DNA of 64,000 nucleotides from Longimicrobiales bacterium (GTDB taxonomy: Bacteria; Gemmatimonadota; Gemmatimonadetes; Longimicrobiales; Gaopeijiaceae), in assembly GCA_963422615.1 (NCBI GenBank), contig OY730414.1, forward strand, positions 2,340,302 to 2,404,301, given 5' to 3'. The translations under genes and the position numbers were made by a program. The notes beneath the pieces were generated by a model. It searched no databases. It worked only from the letters and a program-made list of their open reading frames with translations, and was not told where the DNA came from. Positions 29,341 to 37,689 of this stretch are shown in pieces (positions within the stretch are counted from its first letter, which is position 1; every line of letters starts with the position of its first letter).

Positions 29341-31391
29341 GCCGGTGGCGCCGGACTCCAGGTCCGAGCGCTCCCCCATTTTCGACCCTGTTCATCCTTT
29401 CCGGCGCCCTTCTGGGCGGTGCCGGTCCCGCGTTATGCCAAGCCCGCTCCTTCGACGACTCCGCCACGCTTTCTCTGGTCAGGAAGGCTCGGGCTCTTCG
29501 GGAAGCCCCCTTTCCCCAGTCCGCCTACAAGGCGGAGGCCGAAGGGCATATCTACTTCTATCTGGACCGGGAGGACGGAGGGGCGCCGGTTCCCCTTCGG
29601 GTGGATCAGGTTGCGGTGGACCTGTTCCGAAGTCGTTCGGGGCGAACCCGCCAGGTAATCCGGGGTCTTCGCAAGAAGGAGTTCCTCCCGGTCAGGGATT
29701 TCCGCTACTACGTTGACCGGCTGACGGCGGTTCAAAACGGCTTCGGAGACAGGATCGCCATCGGTGAAGGTCGGGACGTCCGGGACGTCCCGCACCCGTT
29801 GGGGAAAGAGGGAGAAGGGTTGTACCACTACCGGATCACCGATTCGATCCGGGTTCGCCCCCATTCCATGCCCGAGCCGATTCGGGTCTACGAAGTCGAG
29901 GTGCGGCCGCGCCGGGAGGACCAGCCCGCCTTCTCCGGGAGTGTCTTCCTTGAAGCGGCGACCGGCGCCGTGGTCAGGATGGTCTTTACCTTCACTCCTG
30001 CTTCCTACGCGGACCCTCGCGTCGACTGGATTACCGTCCGGCTGGAGCACGCCCTTTGGGAGGAAAGCCTCTGGCTTCCCCACCGCCAAGTCGTAGAGGT
30101 CAGGCGGGAAGTCCCCGAAATGGACCTCCCCGTGGGCTCCGTAATCCGCGCCATTCTGGAAGTGACCGACTACGACTTCGATCCGGAGCTGGACCCCGGG
30201 TTCTTTCGAGGCCCCGCCGTGACCCTGGTCCCGTACGGGGCAGCCGACTCCACGGCGTTCGCAACCGGCCTCACGGACCGGATGGCCGAACAGGGCCTCT
30301 CGCCTGTGAATGCGGCCCGGCTCGAGGCAGAAGTGCAGACTGCCGCCCGGACCCACTTTGCCAGCGGCCTCCCCCGCTTCCGCCTGTATACGGACCGGTT
30401 CTCGTCGCTCCTGCGGGCGAACCGCGCCGAAGGAGTGTACTTCGGAGCGGGGGCCTCCTTTTCCTTCCCGGATGCCCTTGGCATCGAGGGCTTGGCAGGA
30501 TACGGAACCGGAAACCGAAAGGGTTCGGCGACCCTTCGAGTCCACCGCTCCTTCGCCGCCGATTCGACCGCCGCCGCCCTGGAGTTGTACGGCCGCCAGT
30601 TACGGGACCTGGGCCCCCGGCCAGGCGTGGCGGGCGCGATAAACTCCCTGTCCGTCCTCCTGCGGGACCGGGACTACACCGACCCCTACTTCGCCTCCGG
30701 CGTCCGCCTCTCCCTGGAGCATCGGATGGGGAGCGACGCTCGGGCGTGGGCCCGAGGCGTCCGGGAGCACTTTACCGGCGCCACCCTCGCGTGGCCCTCC
30801 GATTCCAGGCCCGCGCGGCCCGCAATGGAGGGCGTCTTCACCGGGGCCAGCGGAGGATACACCCACCGCTGGGGTGGGCGGGCCGCCTGGGGAGCCACGG
30901 CAACGGTCAGCGGCACCGCGGGCCGCTGGGAGGGGAACGGAACTGCCTCCTTGAGGACCTGGCTGGAGGGCAGGATCGCCGACCGGGAGCTCTCCCGGAG
31001 CCTGTCGGTGGCCGCAGAGGCGGGTCGGTCCTGGGGCAACCTGCCCCCTCAGCTCCTCTTCTTTGTGGGCGGTCCCGGAACGCTGCCGGGTCACCCCTTC
31101 CGCAAATACGGCGGGAAGGCGTTTTTCCTGGGGAGGGGGGAAGCGGCGCTTACCCTGATCCCGGGGTGGCTGACCGGACGGATGGTGGCGGGGGCCGGGA
31201 CGGCGGGCTTCACACCCTCAACGATCCGGAAGGCGTGGGGAACCCGTCCCACGGAGGGGTTGCGGGGATTCGCGGGAGTCGGGCTCGCCGTCTTCCATGA
31301 CCTTGTAAGGATTGACGGCGCGTATGGCTTTCCGGGCGGTAGCTTCGAGGTGATTCTGTCGGTGGATCCCTGGCTGTGGCCCTACCTATGA
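29337..31391 (+). CDS. Probable outer-membrane beta-barrel protein (uncharacterised); start uncertain
   Basis: Signal-like segment just after rpmB; alternating beta-strand pattern in the C-terminal half; ends in WLWPYL; CTG at 29337 overlaps the rpmB stop. Confidence 0.65.
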   Translation: MSRWRRTPGPSAPPFSTLFILSGALLGGAGPALCQARSFDDSATLSLVRKARALREAPFPQSAYKAEAEGHIYFYLDREDGGAPVPLRVDQVAVDLFRSRSGRTRQVIRGLRKKEFLPVRDFRYYVDRLTAVQNGFGDRIAIGEGRDVRDVPHPLGKEGEGLYHYRITDSIRVRPHSMPEPIRVYEVEVRPRREDQPAFSGSVFLEAATGAVVRMVFTFTPASYADPRVDWITVRLEHALWEESLWLPHRQVVEVRREVPEMDLPVGSVIRAILEVTDYDFDPELDPGFFRGPAVTLVPYGAADSTAFATGLTDRMAEQGLSPVNAARLEAEVQTAARTHFASGLPRFRLYTDRFSSLLRANRAEGVYFGAGASFSFPDALGIEGLAGYGTGNRKGSATLRVHRSFAADSTAAALELYGRQLRDLGPRPGVAGAINSLSVLLRDRDYTDPYFASGVRLSLEHRMGSDARAWARGVREHFTGATLAWPSDSRPARPAMEGVFTGASGGYTHRWGGRAAWGATATVSGTAGRWEGNGTASLRTWLEGRIADRELSRSLSVAAEAGRSWGNLPPQLLFFVGGPGTLPGHPFRKYGGKAFFLGRGEAALTLIPGWLTGRMVAGAGTAGFTPSTIRKAWGTRPTEGLRGFAGVGLAVFHDLVRIDGAYGFPGGSFEVILSVDPWLWPYL

Positions 31392-31403
31392 GGCTCCTTT
31401 GAT

Positions 31404-32324
31404 CTACGCAGTCCGGGCCTCGTCCCTTGCCCGCTCGTAGGTGTACAGGAAGTTGGTGAATCCCCGGTCGTAATCCGACAGTCCATTCTGGCCCGTGAGC
31501 CTCATCCGTGCGTCGTAGAGGTCCTTCATGGCGCCCGCGAAGAGGCCCTCCCGGCTGTCCGGGGGCCGAAGACGACGGAAGTCTTCAAGGACGCTTCCCG
31601 ACAAGGGGGTTTCGTCCAGGAGCTCTCCGTAGCGGCGGGGATCGTTTCCATCCAGCACCCGCAGGTTTCGGTACACCCGCTCCGCCAGGGCCGACCGCCG
31701 GAGGCGCCCGTCCCGGGAAGAGGAGAGGGCCATGTAGGCAAGCGCTTGGGCTTCCAGCTCCTTGAGGTAGCCCTTTCGGTGACAGAATTCGTGGGCCAGG
31801 ATGTGGGGCTCAAAAACGCCTGCGTGCCGGAAAACGGCGACATCTCCCGAAAGGATATCGCAACTTCCAGCGGCAAACGGCATCATCAGTCGGGCCAGCG
31901 TCATCTCCCGAACAGAGCTGCTGGTTTCCACCCGCTGTCCCGTGATCCCGGAAATGTACGAAGTCAGGCGTTCGTTTACGTCGCTGGCAAGTGCTTCCCG
32001 GCTGCTTTCCTCCGTTTCGCCGATCGACATCAGCTCCCCGGCAAAGCGCTGGACGTCCTCTCTCCGCCTGGAGTCGGGCATCTCCTCCAGGTGATGGACA
32101 TCGGCCGAGAAGGTCTCGAGGAAGTCGATTTTTCTGACGCCTCGCCGACTCGCCCAGTCCCCCAGCACACTGCCCGCGTACGCCCCCGCCGCAGCGGCCT
32201 GGAGGAGGCGGCCCGGGAGGGTCGCTCCAAGGAGCAGCCGTGACGCCAGGGGCGCAGCAAAAATCACGTCGGTCAGGGCGAGGGGAGAGTAGGTGGCACT
32301 GTTGGGAATTCGGATCGTCTCCAT
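31404..32324 (-). CDS. DUF3810-like putative zinc metallopeptidase
   Basis: AHEFCHRKGYLKELEAQALAY (HExxH plus downstream E). Confidence 0.7.
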   Translation of the reverse strand: METIRIPNSATYSPLALTDVIFAAPLASRLLLGATLPGRLLQAAAAGAYAGSVLGDWASRRGVRKIDFLETFSADVHHLEEMPDSRRREDVQRFAGELMSIGETEESSREALASDVNERLTSYISGITGQRVETSSSVREMTLARLMMPFAAGSCDILSGDVAVFRHAGVFEPHILAHEFCHRKGYLKELEAQALAYMALSSSRDGRLRRSALAERVYRNLRVLDGNDPRRYGELLDETPLSGSVLEDFRRLRPPDSREGLFAGAMKDLYDARMRLTGQNGLSDYDRGFTNFLYTYERARDEARTA

Positions 32325-32391
32325 AGCTTCCTACTATGCCGCTGGATGTGAGTGGCCGTTCTTCTAGAATTAAGCTACTTGAATCATACCC

Positions 32392-33603
32392 TTGCAAGGG
32401 TTCTTCGTGCCCCCGTTCGAACCGCCTTCCGCCGAATCGGCCTCCCGGGCCTCCGGGACCGCAGCCTTTTCTCCCTTGGAAGGGGTCCGGGTGTCGGACT
32501 TCTCCCAGAACTTGGCTGGGCCTTTCGCCACTCAAATCCTTGGAGACCTGGGTGCGGACGTGATCAAGGTGGAGCCTCCGGGAGGCGACGCCGCTAGGGA
32601 GTGGGGACCTCCCTTCATCGGAAACCAGAGCCCCCTCTTCCAGGTGGCGAACCGAAACAAACGCAGTGTGGTTCTGGACTTGAAGACGGAATCCGGCCGC
32701 GTCCGGGCCCGGGAGCTCGCCGCCCGCTCCGACGTGGTCCTCCAAGCACTGCGCCGGAACGTCCCGGAGCGGCTGGGCATCGGATACGAGCAGGTTCGGG
32801 AGGCGAACCCGGCTGTCATCTACGTTTCGGTGACGGCTCACGGGCTGGAAGGACCTCTCGCGAACGATCCGGGGTACGATCCGCTTATGCAGGCTCGGTC
32901 GGGCCTCATGTCTCTCACCGGTTATCCTGATGGAGGGCCCGCACGAATCGGGACTTCGGTAGTGGATCTGGGGACGGGCATGTGGACGGCTATCGCGGTC
33001 CTGGCCGCCCTTATGGAGCGAGGACGGACGGGCAAGGGGCGTCACGTGACCGCTTCTCTGCTGGACACCTCTCTGGCGTGGATGTCGTATCACCTGACCA
33101 GCTACCTGGCAACGGGAGTCTCCCCGTCCCGGGCGGGAACCGCCCTCGGGATGATCGCACCCTACGAGGCATTCCCTTGCACGGATGGAGCCGTGATGAT
33201 TGCAGCGGGAAACAACGACATCTTCCGCCGACTCTGCCAAGCCCTGAAACCGGACCTCGGGTCCGACCCGGACTATTCGGACAACCCAGGACGGGTGGCG
33301 AACAGAGAACGGCTGGCCCAGGTCCTCGCGGATCAGACCCGCCGCCTTTCGTCCGCCGCCCTTCTGGCTCTCCTTCGAAAGCACCGGGTGCCCGCGGCAC
33401 CCATCCACTCCCTGGCCGCGGCGGTGGCAGACCCTCAAACCGTGGCCAGCGGCATGCTGCGCGTCTGCGAGCACCCATCCATCGAGGGTTATGTGGATAT
33501 TCCCATGCCCATCCGGTGGGATCGCCGGAGAGCCCCTTTGCGCCGCTTTCCCCCGGCTGTCGGGGAGCATCAGAACGACATCTTTCCCGACGAGGGCCCA
33601 TGA
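32392..33603 (+). CDS. CaiB/BaiF family CoA transferase
   Basis: PLEGVRV.DFSQNLAGP, LGDLGADVIKVEPP, NRNKRS, PGYD. Confidence 0.93.
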   Translation: MQGFFVPPFEPPSAESASRASGTAAFSPLEGVRVSDFSQNLAGPFATQILGDLGADVIKVEPPGGDAAREWGPPFIGNQSPLFQVANRNKRSVVLDLKTESGRVRARELAARSDVVLQALRRNVPERLGIGYEQVREANPAVIYVSVTAHGLEGPLANDPGYDPLMQARSGLMSLTGYPDGGPARIGTSVVDLGTGMWTAIAVLAALMERGRTGKGRHVTASLLDTSLAWMSYHLTSYLATGVSPSRAGTALGMIAPYEAFPCTDGAVMIAAGNNDIFRRLCQALKPDLGSDPDYSDNPGRVANRERLAQVLADQTRRLSSAALLALLRKHRVPAAPIHSLAAAVADPQTVASGMLRVCEHPSIEGYVDIPMPIRWDRRRAPLRRFPPAVGEHQNDIFPDEGP

Positions 33604-34244
33604 CGAGTCCGAACCGGCCGGGAGCGGAGGCCGGGGCCAACCCGCACCTTCTCACGGTTGCTGCGGCCGTGGGTACCCGAGACCCCGGGCTCATTCGCAG
33701 AGGCCTCGTGAGGGCCGCGTCTCGGTGCGACTCCGCGGCAGTGGACGAAGTCCTGCTCATGTCCTGCTTCGTGACCGGCTTTCCAGCGGGACTCGCCGCG
33801 ATGAGCACCTGGGCGGATTTCCGGCCGTCCGATCCCTGGAGCCAGGACCGGGGACTCGTCGATGCCATCAAGCGCGGGGAGAGGGTTTGTGGGGCCGTCT
33901 ACGGATCCCGTTACCAAGCGCTGATCCACCACCTACATGAGCTGCACCCGGACCTTCCCGGACTTGTCGTCTCCTTCGGGTACGGAGCCGTGATGGGGCG
34001 CCCGGCCCTTTCACTTCCGGCTCGGGAGTTGTGCATGGTGGCCATGCTGGTTCCGTGGCAGGCCGAAGCGCAGCTGTACGCCCACCTGCGAGGGGCCCTG
34101 GAGGTGGGCGCAACGGGGGCGGATATAGAAGCCGCGATCCGGACCGGGAGCACGGCGGCGCGCGCAGCAGGTCCCTCCGGGAGGGAGGCGGAAGCCGCGG
34201 CGCGGCGGACATGGATGAGCGTCACGGGTCGCTGGAGGCGGTGA
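33600..34244 (+). CDS. Carboxymuconolactone decarboxylase (AhpD-like) family protein
   Basis: ATGA overlap with the upstream gene; FGYGAVMGRPALSLPARELC, QLYAHLRGAL. Confidence 0.8.
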   Translation: MTSPNRPGAEAGANPHLLTVAAAVGTRDPGLIRRGLVRAASRCDSAAVDEVLLMSCFVTGFPAGLAAMSTWADFRPSDPWSQDRGLVDAIKRGERVCGAVYGSRYQALIHHLHELHPDLPGLVVSFGYGAVMGRPALSLPARELCMVAMLVPWQAEAQLYAHLRGALEVGATGADIEAAIRTGSTAARAAGPSGREAEAAARRTWMSVTGRWRR

Positions 34245-34278
34245 AGGGGGGCCTCGGGGAAACTTTCCGTCCGCCTTC

Positions 34279-34678
34279 GACGCCCTTCAGTTGCTGTCGA
34301 AACTCGCGACGAGCAGAACCCTCAAGGAGGCTTTCGAACCGCCCTATCGCGGCAAACCCCTGGAGTCGAGGTTGGCGCGCGAATTCCGTCGCTACCTTCA
34401 TGGAATCCGACACTTGCACGGTCCGACGCCCGATCTGATGGTTGTCGCTATCGACGCCAACTGCCGCGGGTTTGGCGAACGCTCTCGGCAGATGAAAATC
34501 CAAGACGCTCCCGTGCCGGTAATCAGGGCGATTCCGGACCCTCATATTGAGCGATGGCGGTATCGAATACGCGGATGACATCGTACGGAGCATGACCTTG
34601 GACCGCGCCGTCAAGGCCGATCGCTCGTTCGCAAGCTTCGTGAGTGATGCCCGCACGGAACTCAAGGCCTGGAGGTGA
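34279..34678 (+). pseudogene. Collapsed remnant of an AAA-ATPase plus DUF4276-like gene pair
   Basis: DALQLLSKLATSRTLKEAFEPPYRGKPLES is fused to PDLMVVAIDANC...AIPDPHIERW, then GIEYADDIV...ELKAWR* follows in another frame. Confidence 0.5.
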
Positions 34679-34831
34679 CGGAGGCGCGGAGGCTTTGAAC
34701 GTCCCCTGCCGGGCGGGTCCCTGCCCCATTAGGGTCGCCGCGGTATGAACGCGCCCGCCCGCCGGGGAAACATTCCGGGCTTCCAGAGCGTACTTTGATC
34801 AGTGGGTCTCCCCTGTTTTCGAGGATCGGCA

Positions 34832-35929
34832 ATGGGTATCAGGCGATTCATACGCGTCGCGACGCTGGCAGCAGCAGTGCTGCTGGATTTTGCCTTCTCC
34901 CAGCGGGTCGGAGGACCCGTTGGTGCCGGTGACCCCTTCATCTTCGCTCCCGGCGACTTGGCAGCGGCCATGGCGGTCCAGGAGCGTCACAACGAAGACC
35001 TGCTTCGCCTTCCCGGAGTTGCGGGAACCGCGGTGGCCATTGGGCCCGGCGGCAGGCCGGTCGTCAAAGTCTACCTTACCGTCGCCGGTGTAACCGGCCT
35101 CCCGACCAACCTTGACGGTCATCCGTTCGTGACTGAAGTGACCGGTGCCTTTCGCGCCCTGGAGGAGGCCCGGCCCACCCACGCGAACAGGGTGAGCACC
35201 GGGAGCTTGAATGCGAAGGAGGCCAGCGACGAAGGCACCGATCCCAGGCGGCCCTTCCCCCGGCCGGTGCCCATCGGGGTCTCAACGGGGCAGGTGGACG
35301 TGACCGCAGGCACGATCGGGGCGAGAGTTGCCTCCGGGACGGAGGTCTTCGCCCTCAGCAACAACCACGTGTACGCCAACAAGAACGAGGCCAACGTGGG
35401 GGACGCGGTTCTCCAGCCCGGGAGGGTCGACGGAGGAACCCACCCGGCCGACGCCATCGGCACGCTGTATGACTACGAACCCATTCGGTTCTGCGCTCCC
35501 TTCCCTGCCTGCCCCAGCAACCAAATCGACGCCGCTATCGCCGCAACCGACACCGAAAAGCTCGGAAACAGCACGCCGCAAAACGGCTATGGTACTCCGC
35601 GCACCCGAACGGCAGAGGCCAGGCTCGGGATGGAGGTCCAGAAGTACGGGCGGACGACGGGACACACCACCGGACGGATCAGCGGACTGAACGCCACGAT
35701 CAATGTAGGCTTTCGTGACGGCACCGCCCGGTTCTCTGGGCAGATCGTCATTACGAAGCAAGGCTTTTCGGGACCCGGGGATTCAGGATCGCTGATCGTG
35801 TCGGCGGGGACGGGAAGGAACAGCCGCCGACCTGTGGGACTTCTCTTCGCCGGAAGCGAAACCAGTACGCTGGCCAACCCCATTGACCTCGTGCTCGATC
35901 GGTTCGGCGTCACCATTGATGGGAACTGA
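34832..35929 (+). CDS. Secreted trypsin-like (S1/PA clan) serine protease with N-terminal pro-domain
   Basis: Signal peptide; AGTIG, LSNNHV (His), IDAAIA (Asp), GDSGS (Ser), VQKYGRTTG. Confidence 0.85.
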   Translation: MGIRRFIRVATLAAAVLLDFAFSQRVGGPVGAGDPFIFAPGDLAAAMAVQERHNEDLLRLPGVAGTAVAIGPGGRPVVKVYLTVAGVTGLPTNLDGHPFVTEVTGAFRALEEARPTHANRVSTGSLNAKEASDEGTDPRRPFPRPVPIGVSTGQVDVTAGTIGARVASGTEVFALSNNHVYANKNEANVGDAVLQPGRVDGGTHPADAIGTLYDYEPIRFCAPFPACPSNQIDAAIAATDTEKLGNSTPQNGYGTPRTRTAEARLGMEVQKYGRTTGHTTGRISGLNATINVGFRDGTARFSGQIVITKQGFSGPGDSGSLIVSAGTGRNSRRPVGLLFAGSETSTLANPIDLVLDRFGVTIDGN

Positions 35930-36149
35930 ACCGGTGGGCGGTGAACTCGAGGAGGCCCGGGCCCGGGTTACCCAAAGGGTCATCGGCATGGAGGGCGTGA
36001 CGGGTACGGCCTTGGGCCTGAGCGGTGGCAAGCCGTGCATCAAGGTATACACAGAGAAAGACGACCCAGGACTGCGGTCCCGGCTCCCCCGTTCCGAAGG
36101 GGGTTTCCCCGTGATCGTCGAGGTCACGGGATCGATCCGGAGCCGGTAG
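35919..36149 (+). CDS. Small protein (76 aa) homologous to the upstream protease pro-domain
   Basis: IGMEGVTGTALG..GGKPCIKVY...LP...GGFPVIVEVTGSIR aligns with LRLPGVAGTAVA..GGRPVVKVY...LP...DGHPFVTEVTGAFR. Confidence 0.75.
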   Translation: MGTEPVGGELEEARARVTQRVIGMEGVTGTALGLSGGKPCIKVYTEKDDPGLRSRLPRSEGGFPVIVEVTGSIRSR

Positions 36150-36506
36150 TGCCTGCCGGAATCGGTAACGCCTGAGAAGCCCTTTCGGGCACTCGGCAGA
36201 ACCAGGCCCCCCCAAGCGGCGAACAGGATTCGCGTCCGAAAGGGCCGTCTACCGGCCTGCTTCGGGGTCCGGTAATCGGCGCCGACAGGTCTCGTTCCCA
36301 ACAGGTCGGACAACCGTGGCGATTCGCCCCAGCCCAGTTTTCCTTGGGGGACTCGGTCTCCGGCGACATGCCCGCTCCGCCTTCGGGTTTTCATGGCGTG
36401 GCAACCGATTCGTCATTGCGCCCACGCCGTTCCCGGCTTCTTATTTAGCGGGAACCCAAGCAGCCGAACCGGAATGCCCGGCTCATACACGATTCTGGAG
36501 GTCAGC

Positions 36507-37670
36507 ATGGACGGAATGCACGGGAGGAGAAAGCTTTCCCGACGAAAATTCATGGGCGGAGCCGCGACAGCCATCGGCACGCTTGGACTCGTACCCGGCG
36601 GGCTCCGGGCCACGCTGGGACGGTACGCTCCGGAAACGGGGATCGGGCAGCAGGCGGGCGACTACGACTCCCTGGCCAAGTTGTCTTCAAACGAAAACCC
36701 CTACGGACCGTCCCCTTCCGTGCTGGAAGCCATGAACCGCGCATGGAAGTACGCCAACCGATACGGCTACCCCGACGGAGATGTTCGGTCGGTGATCGCG
36801 GAGCACCTCGGGGTGGGGCCGTCCAGCATCCTATTGACGGCGGGGTCGGAGGAGGTGCTGGCGGCGGTGGGCCTCGCTTTCCTGCGAACCGGCAAGAAGG
36901 TGGTAGGGGTCGAACCCTCTTACGGATCGGTGTACCGCTACGCGACGGGAATCCATGCAGACGCGGTCAAGATCCCCCTTTTGAAAGACCACACCCAGGA
37001 CATACCGGCCATGATCAAGGCCACCCTGAGGCATCACCGGGACGTGGGCTTCGTCTACCTGTGCAACCCGAACAACCCGACGGGCCGGATCGTGCCGGGG
37101 AGGGAAGTGCGGCAGCTCTTGGATGCCATCCCCGAAGACGTCCCCGTCCTTGTGGACGAAGCCTACCACCACTTCGTAGAGGACCCGGAGTACGAGAGCG
37201 CCGTGCCCTACGTGCAGGAAGGTCGCAACGTCATCGTGGCCCGAACGTTCTCCAAGATCTACGGGATGGCGGGCATGCGCCTGGGGTACGCCGTGGCGGC
37301 ACCAGGGACCCTACAGGAGCTGCGGACCTACAGCACCGGAACCATCAACGCCCTCGTGAAGTGGGGAGGGGCAGCGGCCATCCAGGATCAACAAGCGGAG
37401 GCGGAGGTCAGAGAAGCAACCCTTCGCCTGAGGAAGCGGACGACGGGCCAACTGTCGGATTGGGGCTTCGATGTGATTCCGTCGGAAACCAACTTCTTCA
37501 TGGTCCATACAGGCCGCCCGGTTCAGGAGGTCAGAAACGAATTTCGCAACCGGGGCGTCGCCGTCGGCCGCCCATTCCCTCCAATGCTCGACTTCCTTCG
37601 GGTCTCCGTCGGGACCGAAGAGGAGATGGACCGGTTCACGGAAGCGTTCAAGGACATCTTCGCGGTCTGA
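36507..37670 (+). CDS. Class I/II PLP aminotransferase (HisC-like) with Tat signal peptide
   Basis: SRRKFMGG; KLSSNENPYGPSP, YLCNPNNPTG, DEAY, RTFSKIYGMAGMRLGY; GGAGG RBS. Confidence 0.9.
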   Translation: MDGMHGRRKLSRRKFMGGAATAIGTLGLVPGGLRATLGRYAPETGIGQQAGDYDSLAKLSSNENPYGPSPSVLEAMNRAWKYANRYGYPDGDVRSVIAEHLGVGPSSILLTAGSEEVLAAVGLAFLRTGKKVVGVEPSYGSVYRYATGIHADAVKIPLLKDHTQDIPAMIKATLRHHRDVGFVYLCNPNNPTGRIVPGREVRQLLDAIPEDVPVLVDEAYHHFVEDPEYESAVPYVQEGRNVIVARTFSKIYGMAGMRLGYAVAAPGTLQELRTYSTGTINALVKWGGAAAIQDQQAEAEVREATLRLRKRTTGQLSDWGFDVIPSETNFFMVHTGRPVQEVRNEFRNRGVAVGRPFPPMLDFLRVSVGTEEEMDRFTEAFKDIFAV

Positions 37671-37689
37671 TTCTGCGGCCCCACCCGCG

